Of a stretch of 49,782 bases of DNA, positions 1 to 7,739 are shown piece after piece. The position numbers were made by a program, and so were the translations under genes. Below the pieces are notes generated by a model. That model was not told the DNA's origin, did not search any database, and saw only the letters and a list, made by a program, of their open reading frames with translations. Every line of letters begins with the position of its first letter. Positions within the stretch are counted from its first letter, which is position 1. Origin of the DNA: Ignavibacteriota bacterium (GTDB taxonomy: Bacteria > Bacteroidota > Ignavibacteria > UBA10030); contig RPQN01000018.1 in NCBI GenBank assembly GCA_003819715.1, positions 1 through 49,782 of the forward strand. The letters are read 5' to 3'.

Positions 1-74
1 AACATTCCACTAATTACAACAGATATTCTGACGAGGTTAAGGAAAAGATTACTGTTGAAGAATTGGTTTTTCAT
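1..74 (-). CDS. 5' end of integron cassette ORF (truncated by window edge), probably secreted or membrane protein
   Basis: Starts 40 nt downstream of the attC R' box on the minus strand. AAGGA RBS at 86-82, ATG at 74, open to the edge: MKNQFFNSNLFLNLVRISVVISGM... Confidence 0.55.
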   Translation of the reverse strand, partial: MKNQFFNSNLFLNLVRISVVISGM

Positions 75-114
75 AAAGTAATCCTTAAATACTATGAATG
101 TTTTTCGACACACT

Positions 115-311
115 GCCTAACGGCATGCGCATAAGCTGCGCCGTGACCAAGTTTAATGTTACACAAAAAGAAATGAGTTCACGCTATCAACTAAATTAAG
201 CTGCAACCAACCAACGAGAAACTGAATAGTAAATAATAAAAACGTAAAACCACCACCCGCAATGCTTAACGTACCCACGCTTATTGCGTCAGCTTCATGC
301 GCTGGTTAGGC
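115..311 (-). mobile_element. Integron attC site (197 bp)
   Basis: Minus strand: R'' GCCTAAC (311-305), spacer CAGCG, L'' CAT[G]AAGC, TG[A]CGC ... GCGCA, L' GCTTATG, spacer, R' GTTAGGC (121-115). Arms pair with two extrahelical bases 6 nt apart. Confidence 0.85.
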
Positions 312-406
312 AGAAACCCACAAACAGCACGATATTGGTTAATAACTTGTACTCATATTTGTTAGTTGTCGATTTGTACTTCTCAATAATTAACGTTTCT
401 GCCTAA
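121..406 (-). mobile_element. First integron cassette, no intact ORF
   Basis: Runs from the G/TTAGGC crossover at 407/406 to the crossover at 121/120. The cassette start GTTAGGCAGAAAC (407-395) is the exact reverse complement of GTTTCTGCCTAAC (317-305). Confidence 0.7.
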
Positions 407-455
407 CTATGTATTAGATAGAATTAGTCTATATAGCATGCATATTAGACATTAA
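401..455 (-). mobile_element. attI-like site
   Basis: Minus strand TCTAATACATAGTTAGGC resembles the attI1 core CTAAAACAAAGTTRRRY. TCTAATA occurs again about 31 nt upstream. It lies between the intI remnant and the first cassette. Confidence 0.7.
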
Positions 456-511
456 TTATAGATAAAATATATAATATTGAGTACCATTGACAAGGAACAC
501 AGGGCTCGACT

Positions 512-775
512 ATGGCACTGAAATTATTGGATCAAATGCTCGATATTGTGTACATAAAACACCCGTGCACCAGAACTGAAAATGTTTGCCTGTAATGGAT
601 TAAGTGATTTATTCTTGTTCTCCATAAACGCCACCCTGTCGAAATGGAAGAGAATGAAATCCGCCGGTTCTTGAACTACCTCGCTGCGAGCAATATCTTT
701 CTTCTTCAACTCAAAATCAAGGCCTTCATACGAATAATTTATTTCATTACGTAATTTTAAATCCAAACTATTAAC
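512..775 (+). pseudogene. intI: Degenerate 5' fragment of integron integrase
   Basis: Hand translation from ATG 512: MALKLLDQMLDIVYIKHPCTRTENVCL*WIK*FILVLHKRHPVEMEENEIRRFLNYLAASNI, frameshift at ~699, then SSSTQNQGL. Matches the IntI N-terminal pattern KLLDQ..KHYS.RTE..Y..WIKRFI.FH.KRHP.EM...EI..FL..LA....S.STQNQAL. Stops at 593 and 605. No catalytic domain. Confidence 0.88.
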
Positions 776-890
776 GTTGATGCTGCTGATGCATAAATCA
801 AACAAAAAACTTACATTGAATATGACTTCACCAGAGGGGCAGCTCAAAATCATTTTAACAAATTATACACCTCAAATGCACGGAGCACAT

Positions 891-1469
891 ATGCGTAAAA
901 TTATTTGCACGATTATCGTTATTGCACTCACAACGTTCCTTTTCACATTCGTATCCGCACAGGATAAAAAGCCGGCCGAACCACCCAAGGCCGCAGCAGG
1001 TCCATCTCAGGAATTATTATGGGGCTGGAACGACATCGGCAACAAGCTTATCGCTATGGCAGAAGATTTTCCTGAAGAAAAATACGGTTTTAAAGCCCAG
1101 AAAGACGAACGGACGTTCGGTGAGAATATCCTGCATGTTGCATACGATAACAATATTATGATCAACGCACTCAAGGGAATATCAGTTCGAATTGCCTGGA
1201 ACGAAGATTCATTGCAAAAACTTTACGTGACGAAAGAATCCATCGTGAACTATCTGAAGCAGGCAGTGAACGATGGCGCAGAACTTATCAAAGCACAAGG
1301 CGACAGCGGATTAACAAGCGAGTTTAAATTTCCATGGGCCAATATGATGGCCCACCGTTCTTTCGGCTGGATGGGGACTCTTGAACATTCGGGCGAACAT
1401 TATGGACAACTAGTGGTGTATTATCGCGTCAATGATATGATACCACCCGCTTCTCGCCCGAAAAAATAA
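891..1469 (+). CDS. DinB/YfiT-family protein with signal peptide
   Basis: Motifs AEDFPEEKYGFK, RTFGENILHVA and EHSGEHYGQLVVYYR. GGAG RBS before ATG 891, which begins a signal peptide (MRKIIC...VSA). The ORF-track start at 777 looks too early. Confidence 0.8.
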   Translation: MRKIICTIIVIALTTFLFTFVSAQDKKPAEPPKAAAGPSQELLWGWNDIGNKLIAMAEDFPEEKYGFKAQKDERTFGENILHVAYDNNIMINALKGISVRIAWNEDSLQKLYVTKESIVNYLKQAVNDGAELIKAQGDSGLTSEFKFPWANMMAHRSFGWMGTLEHSGEHYGQLVVYYRVNDMIPPASRPKK

Positions 1470-1557
1470 AACGATCACCGGGATTCATGCTGTGCGGATT
1501 GTAGAGTCTATTTCCAAGAATGGGCGATGATAATGTCCGTCGGGGCGACGGACTCTA

Positions 1558-2745
1558 CTATTTCTCAACAAGAAACGCTGCATCGATTTCAAATAATAAT
1601 TCATCTCTGCAAACATCCGCAACCACATTGATCGACGGCGCCTGGGAAATTCCGATTTCCTCAACGATCTTCTGATAGAGAAGGAAATCTTCTTTACGTT
1701 TTAAGAAAACCGTCGCTTCACAGAGATCCTGCAAAACGGCCCCTTCCGGAGCGATCAATGACGACACAACGCTCATCGTTTGTTTGATCTGGGCGGCAGA
1801 ATCACCGATAAAAACGCTTTTCCCGTCCTCGTCAATGGAAGCGGTGCCCGAGACGAGTATCAATTTACATTTGTCGTCTTCAATAACCATCGCCCGTGAG
1901 AATGCCGAGCCATACCGAAACGGCGACCGCTGTTTCGTACCGTAGAGAGGCCGGACTTTGGTGGTGCTTTCAGGTGAGTGGTGAACGGCGAATACATCCA
2001 TTACCGCAGCACGCCCGAGCGGATTTCTTCCTTCTATACCCGTGCTTGCGGGAAAAAATATCTGCTCGGCATGTTCGTGTCGGTCCGCAGTTCCGATAAT
2101 TCCGTATTCCGAATAACACCGATTCCGCACCACATTAAAATCATCGTACCAATCAAGGATATCCGAGATATAGATCCATGTTCTCACGACATCCTGATAA
2201 GTCGATCCTTGAGTACGAAGAAGCCGTTCTGCCTGACGAAACATTGCTTCCGACTGGTCCTTGCGGTTGGAATGACCGATGCCGTTGGTATTGCCGCCGT
2301 CCATACTCTGAAGCACATAAAATGTCGCGCCATCCACATTCCATGCCCGTCCTTTGGGAATACCGTCATCAACGATAGTCCTGACTTTGGTGCCCGCTGA
2401 GGGTGTTACTGCTCTGATCTGAAATCCGGCAATCCCATGTTCAACGCAGGACTCTCCTTCAACAAATGTCATCGGCGTATCGACCTGCATTCCATGTCTG
2501 CTCAATGCACCGGTACGTGCTTTCTGGATTTGCTGCTGGAGTTCCACTCTGGTGAAGCAGCGCTCATGTATAATCTGGCTCGATGAAGCGGCCAGGACTT
2601 CAGCGATTCTGCCGTATATTTCTTCAGTTGTTTTTTCCGGATCAGCACGGCGGTCGGTGATCGAAGCACTGAGAAATAAATGATCGTGCAGCGATGTAAT
2701 AAAGAGTTTATATGCGGGGTGCAGCTCGATTGAACGTTGAATCAT
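1558..2745 (-). CDS. Rid (YjgF/YER057c/UK114) superfamily protein, FkbO/Hyg5 chorismatase-like
   Basis: Motifs VRTWIYISDI, PASTGI, YGSAFSRA, LVSGTASID and ADVCRDELLFEIDA. Confidence 0.75.
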   Translation of the reverse strand: MIQRSIELHPAYKLFITSLHDHLFLSASITDRRADPEKTTEEIYGRIAEVLAASSSQIIHERCFTRVELQQQIQKARTGALSRHGMQVDTPMTFVEGESCVEHGIAGFQIRAVTPSAGTKVRTIVDDGIPKGRAWNVDGATFYVLQSMDGGNTNGIGHSNRKDQSEAMFRQAERLLRTQGSTYQDVVRTWIYISDILDWYDDFNVVRNRCYSEYGIIGTADRHEHAEQIFFPASTGIEGRNPLGRAAVMDVFAVHHSPESTTKVRPLYGTKQRSPFRYGSAFSRAMVIEDDKCKLILVSGTASIDEDGKSVFIGDSAAQIKQTMSVVSSLIAPEGAVLQDLCEATVFLKRKEDFLLYQKIVEEIGISQAPSINVVADVCRDELLFEIDAAFLVEK

Positions 2746-2758
2746 CTCATATACTCAT

Positions 2759-4366
2759 TTAGCGTTTTGTCGTTTTCATTTTTTTCGATCCACCATCGAC
2801 GGCAATGGATTTTGGTGCAATGTTTTTTCTCTGCAGAAGAACGTTCGGATCCAATTTCGCCGTCAACATTTCTTCCGGTTTCGAAAACGCAGCATCCGAG
2901 AGCGCCTGGGGACTCATCTTCACGGGTTCGTTCGCGAACTCCGGAACATTATAGACAGAGAGCGATACTTCCTGCGATACAAGGTCTTCTTGGGGCATCA
3001 CAAACGGCTTGGAGGCACTGCCCGATGAATCGATATGGCTGAAATAGGGCCTTGTAAAAATATTATCGTCGCGTTTGCTGGAAAAGACGATCCATCGGCT
3101 GCTGCTCGACCATGAATGGAATGAATCCGCACGGTCGCTGTTCGCTTCCGATTTTTTCCATTTCCCCGTCCGTAAGTCCAGCATATAGATATCGGCGGTC
3201 TGAAGATAAATCGGGAACTGGCTGTATGCGGCTCCGGTAAACAGGAGGAAATGTCCATCCGGCGATACTCTCGGTTCTGTAATGCTCAAACCGGATTCTT
3301 TTGCCGATATGACCGTCTCCAGCTTTCCCCATGTCTTTTGAACAGGATCATAGCCCATCCGCATCAGATCATACTGGATTTTATCGTAGGCGATATCGCT
3401 CGGATTTTCCGGATTTTCGAATGTCTCGATCTTCGGAGCGCTGCAGAAGTAAAGAGTTCTTCCATCGGGAGACCACGCGGGCCAAATTTCCATCCGGTCC
3501 GGACTGGAGATGTCCAGTGTTGTTGTTACCGTATTGGTCGGAATATCATAAAGAATAATATCCGAGTACCGGTCCAGTACATCCCGGCATTCGCCTGTTT
3601 CATGGAAGAACAGCCGCAGTTTGCTCACGGTGAAGGCAATCAGTTCGCCCGACGGATGCCATGCGGGATACGCAGCAGGTCCGTTAAACTTTGTTTTGAG
3701 ATCAATTTTTTTCGCTTTGCCGTCGGTCACCAGCAGCATCGAAGTCCCCGGGCCGCCGCGCAGATGGAGAAGCCACCGGTCGGTTTTATTCTGATAGAAA
3801 TTATGGCAATTCATGCAATTGTCCTGGGTCAGCTTGTTCACCAGGACCGGCTTCTCAGAAAAATCTTCAAGGCAGCGTTGATAGATTCCCATCTTTTTAA
3901 AGAGATTATAGAGAGATCCGAACTTCCTGTACGCGAGATAGCCGTCGATAGAATCCTGCGAAATCTGATTGACGATCGGGGTGTAATTCAGCCAGCTGCC
4001 TGATTGATTCCTGACGAAGATCTCAGCGGTGAGCGGCTGCCCGGCATTTTCTCCGAGAAGGCGCTTCCAGTCCTTGATCGGAATCTGGATATGGCCGGTT
4101 CGATTCTGAATCCGGATGGGATCTCCATGAGAGGAATGAATGCGTACGAAATAATCCTGTCCTGCTTCTTTTATTAAAAAATTTAACGGTGCAATATTCG
4201 GCGGGATGAGGAGACCGGAATAGTCCGGTTGGATGACCGCCCCCCGGTTTGCCGATTGAATGTCTGTCCTTCCCTCCGGGGAACGGGAGCATCCGGCACT
4301 AAAAAAGACGACCGCACAGAACGAGATCCACCAGGATCCCATCCTGAGAATATTATTGAAATTCAT
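2759..4366 (-). CDS. TolB-like (PD40 beta-propeller) lipoprotein with CxxCH motif
   Basis: Lipobox-like FSAGC. Repeats YPAWHPSG, WPAWSPDG, PRVSPDG, FHSWSSSS. Motif NCMNCH. Start set at ATG 4366, overlapping the upstream stop. Confidence 0.78.
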   Translation of the reverse strand: MNFNNILRMGSWWISFCAVVFFSAGCSRSPEGRTDIQSANRGAVIQPDYSGLLIPPNIAPLNFLIKEAGQDYFVRIHSSHGDPIRIQNRTGHIQIPIKDWKRLLGENAGQPLTAEIFVRNQSGSWLNYTPIVNQISQDSIDGYLAYRKFGSLYNLFKKMGIYQRCLEDFSEKPVLVNKLTQDNCMNCHNFYQNKTDRWLLHLRGGPGTSMLLVTDGKAKKIDLKTKFNGPAAYPAWHPSGELIAFTVSKLRLFFHETGECRDVLDRYSDIILYDIPTNTVTTTLDISSPDRMEIWPAWSPDGRTLYFCSAPKIETFENPENPSDIAYDKIQYDLMRMGYDPVQKTWGKLETVISAKESGLSITEPRVSPDGHFLLFTGAAYSQFPIYLQTADIYMLDLRTGKWKKSEANSDRADSFHSWSSSSRWIVFSSKRDDNIFTRPYFSHIDSSGSASKPFVMPQEDLVSQEVSLSVYNVPEFANEPVKMSPQALSDAAFSKPEEMLTAKLDPNVLLQRKNIAPKSIAVDGGSKKMKTTKR

Positions 4367-6197
4367 TTTGACTCTCCGACGTCCGGGTGGGGGGCTTGAC
4401 AAACATAAAATAGTACCAGAATGTATCGTCATACCGGCCTCTCAAATTCTGCATGGCACTGGTTCTATCCCCCTTGAATGCATAAAGGATGCGGCGGTAT
4501 TCCATAAAGCGCTGGAAGATTCCCTGTTCGACGACATCCTGGAGAATCTGCTGATTGAATTTCGGGTCCATCGATGCGACAAAAAGCACTGCTTCCTGGA
4601 CATGCCGCGGATACCGGTTATAATTAAAGGAATGAAAATCCTCCAGATGATTTAAGAGTTCTCCCATATTACCGGTCAGGAGAAGATTGGCAATCATATA
4701 TTCGAAAGCCATTTTATTAATCGAGTTGCGATTTACCAAAAGATCCAGTTTCGGTGAAGCTGATTTGGTCCTCGAAATCAGGTCCTCTGCCGGCATGACC
4801 GATCGGATATGCCTGAATTCCGGATCTGCTGCAAGGCCGGACGGATTCCCAATCAACCGGAGGTAATGGTCAGCGGCCGGTCCCTGGAATGGAACATTTT
4901 TCAGGTTGAGAAAATATCGTTTCGCAGCTTCGTGATTCCCCTTGGCCAGATAAATTTTCCCAAGCCTCTTTAAAAGATCAGGTGCGGCAGCGTTGTGTTC
5001 GATTGCCTCATGCGCCCAATGCTGTGAATCATTGACGAGTCCAAGTCTCCAGCTGATATTGCTCGCATATTCCGGCCAGGCGAGAGACCACGTTTGATTC
5101 ATGATCAGTCCCTGTGATCCCTTCGACTGCGGATAAGCGAACATACTGTCCAGCAGTTTTCCTGTCTCGTACAATGCAAGGTTGGACTGGCAAAGGATGA
5201 GAGGCGATTCGTTCGAACTATATTTCGTCATGGCCAGGACATCGGACCATCGTTCCTCGGTGACCGCCCGATTCACCATCTGGACGTGGCGCTTAATTTC
5301 GTTGAGCGATTCCCGGGAAAGTCCATAGGTACAACCGGCAATCAATATCGTCCCCGCTGCCATTTTTAAAAGTGGGGCAAGGTTTTCATTTTTTTTGATG
5401 AGTTTCGGAATCTTTACCAATCCTGCGAGCGAAACGAAAATGAATGTCAGGAGATAAAATGCCGGAATCAGATATCCCGTGTACCATAATTCCGTCGGCA
5501 TTTCGAACGGGAGATTATGAACATACGCCTGTTTGAGAGGGACGAGAACAACAGAATGAGCGGCGAGATATGGAAGGATCCCGGAGACCATAAGGACCGA
5601 AGCGCTGCTGACAAATCTTTTTTGGGAAAGCTCATCCACTCCAAGAAGCGCCGCGAAAATGAAAAATGCGCCGCCCGTCATCCAGAACAGCATGAGAGAT
5701 ATGCCAAGACACAAAACCGTACGGAGAATCCGGTTCTGAGATTTCCACCGCAGAACTATGTTGAGCGCAAGGAGATTTATCATGAGCGCTATCATGACGC
5801 TCAAACGGGTATCAAATTGAGTATAATAAACAAGAAACAATCCCATCGGGATCAGGTGGAATGTATGGATCGGGCGCCTCTTGAATAAAGTCGACATCCA
5901 TAACTTCGTCAGCACCATGACCAGCCAGAACCCGGCGGTGAGCACGAGCGATATGATCAAATCAGAAAACCAGGATTGCATGATCAACGCCGACATCCAG
6001 TCCGTCAAGCCGCCGGGAATAACCAGGAAATCTTTCAGAAAATCCGCTGTGTCAAGGAATGCAGGGGACTGAACTTCGATCATCAAGAGAGGATGGATAA
6101 CGTACAGCAAATACAGGAAGCAGGATAAAAGAAGAATGCCTTCCTGAATCCAGATCACCCATTGTTCAAACCGTTTTTTTTCGCTGAACGCCTTCAT
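4353..6197 (-). CDS. DUF6057-like membrane protein (multi-TM N-half, helical/TPR-like C-half)
   Basis: About 9 hydrophobic segments. Motifs PGGLTDW, NLALYETGKLLDSMFAYPQ, NKMAFEYM, PRHVQEA and TFWYYF. Confidence 0.7.
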   Translation of the reverse strand: MKAFSEKKRFEQWVIWIQEGILLLSCFLYLLYVIHPLLMIEVQSPAFLDTADFLKDFLVIPGGLTDWMSALIMQSWFSDLIISLVLTAGFWLVMVLTKLWMSTLFKRRPIHTFHLIPMGLFLVYYTQFDTRLSVMIALMINLLALNIVLRWKSQNRILRTVLCLGISLMLFWMTGGAFFIFAALLGVDELSQKRFVSSASVLMVSGILPYLAAHSVVLVPLKQAYVHNLPFEMPTELWYTGYLIPAFYLLTFIFVSLAGLVKIPKLIKKNENLAPLLKMAAGTILIAGCTYGLSRESLNEIKRHVQMVNRAVTEERWSDVLAMTKYSSNESPLILCQSNLALYETGKLLDSMFAYPQSKGSQGLIMNQTWSLAWPEYASNISWRLGLVNDSQHWAHEAIEHNAAAPDLLKRLGKIYLAKGNHEAAKRYFLNLKNVPFQGPAADHYLRLIGNPSGLAADPEFRHIRSVMPAEDLISRTKSASPKLDLLVNRNSINKMAFEYMIANLLLTGNMGELLNHLEDFHSFNYNRYPRHVQEAVLFVASMDPKFNQQILQDVVEQGIFQRFMEYRRILYAFKGDRTSAMQNLRGRYDDTFWYYFMFVKPPTRTSESQNEFQ

Positions 6198-6531
6198 CGT
6201 CTTTTTTACCGCAAAAAGGATTAATAAGAATTAAAAGTAAAAAAATTTGTCTCCAAGTCCTAATCGAATATACCTCTGCCCGCCGGTACTCATTCCTGCT
6301 GAATAGCGCAGTCATTCGATTGATACTTGGAATTTGGTATTGTCATTTCTTTGTTCCCGCAATAGTTGACGTGGAATACGCGGCACGGAAAAAAGAGAGG
6401 TTTTTCTTTATTGAAGAACGAACAGCGTTCCCGGATAAATCCAAAAAAAGATTCCCGATCACAGAAACACTGTCCCATGACTGCTGAAATGCCGGAGCTT
6501 AATATTATTCTTGAGGTGTGTAGTCCTTTTC

Positions 6532-7677
6532 CTATTTCCTGGACGTCACTAATAATTTTTCGCTATAAACGGTATGCCCCATATTCATCTGGATAAAATA
6601 CATGCCCGGGGGCAATTTTTGCAGTTGGAGCGTAGCGGCAAATTGATTGTTTAATTTTGAAGCGGACGTCCGGGAGATCTCCTGTCCCAGTAAATTATAG
6701 AGCCGGATCGAGACTTCGCCGCGATAGGAATTTTCTAATTCTACTTTTGAAGAAGAGGAAGACGGATTGGGATACAATTTCATGACATGGGCAGAGATCG
6801 GCTGCCTGTTTGCAACGCCGGTGCTCGTTTCCGCGGCTAATGTTACATGTCCAAAACCATCGGCATTCATCCAATGCATGTTGCCGGGAGCGGCTTCCCA
6901 AACTGACCCGAACATATGGTCCCGGACTTTCGGATTTTCGTTCAGGCCATCGTTGTCGCAATAGGCAACAGATATTCCCATCTCTTTACCGGCCGCCAAT
7001 TGCGATCTTGCTGCCGCCTTATTGCTCTCGGTATATGTGTCATTATAGACGATAAGAGAAAACTCTCTGACCGCCGTTTGACCGGTTCTCCGTAATGCAT
7101 ATTCCGGGAAGTGCGAAGTATAATTTGCACGCGCGCTGGCCTGCTGTGTTCCCGCCATATCGTCGACCTGCCATGCCGTTGTCACCTGTCCATCTGCGGG
7201 ACAGGCCGCATACATGTGATATGCAAAAGCGTTTTCAGCATTTGTCGCCGGACCATCATAGCGATGCTCGCCGCCCGATGCATTCTCATCTATGAAAACC
7301 TCTGAGATGTCATAGTCATAGATCGCACCGCCGCCGGTCGGTTTATAGCCATCCACAAAAACATCGTCATGAACTTCCATGAGGAAGTACAGCAAGTTTG
7401 TCGTCGATGACCAGACAACCTTGTATCTTCCGTAATAGTCAGAAGAATCTACTGTTGTTCCATAATCAATCCATACCTGCATCATGCCCTGCCAGGGAAC
7501 GTTTTGCCAGCACGCATCATCACCTCTTCCATCGATTGTCGGTGCGACGACCGCTTTCGGTGCCAGCACCGGATCATCTTGAACAATCCCGTGCTGGGCA
7601 TTTGCATGAAATGGGAATAGAAGGCACATCATAACAATAATGATGAATGAACGAACGTCATCCTGATATAATTTCAT
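6532..7677 (-). CDS. CBM9-like sugar-binding domain protein with T9SS C-terminal domain
   Basis: Signal peptide ending HANA. Motifs APTIDGRGDDACW and LYFLMEVHDD. C-terminal KLYPNP...YNLLGQ...LPPGMYFI. Start adjusted to ATG 7677. Confidence 0.7.
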   Translation of the reverse strand: MKLYQDDVRSFIIIVMMCLLFPFHANAQHGIVQDDPVLAPKAVVAPTIDGRGDDACWQNVPWQGMMQVWIDYGTTVDSSDYYGRYKVVWSSTTNLLYFLMEVHDDVFVDGYKPTGGGAIYDYDISEVFIDENASGGEHRYDGPATNAENAFAYHMYAACPADGQVTTAWQVDDMAGTQQASARANYTSHFPEYALRRTGQTAVREFSLIVYNDTYTESNKAAARSQLAAGKEMGISVAYCDNDGLNENPKVRDHMFGSVWEAAPGNMHWMNADGFGHVTLAAETSTGVANRQPISAHVMKLYPNPSSSSSKVELENSYRGEVSIRLYNLLGQEISRTSASKLNNQFAATLQLQKLPPGMYFIQMNMGHTVYSEKLLVTSRK

Positions 7678-7739
7678 GAAAATTTCATTCCTTCCGCTTG
7701 ATTCATTGACAACGACACTGACCGGACGTTTTTCTCTTT

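Noticed and set aside
524-853. 109-aa minus-strand ORF
   Set aside because: It is antisense to the intI relic and has no recognisable motifs.
891-1469. DinB-family gene as an integron cassette
   Set aside because: It lies on the intI side of attI, in the opposite orientation to the array, and no attC follows it.
3251-4003. 250-aa plus-strand ORF
   Set aside because: Antisense shadow of the TolB-like gene.
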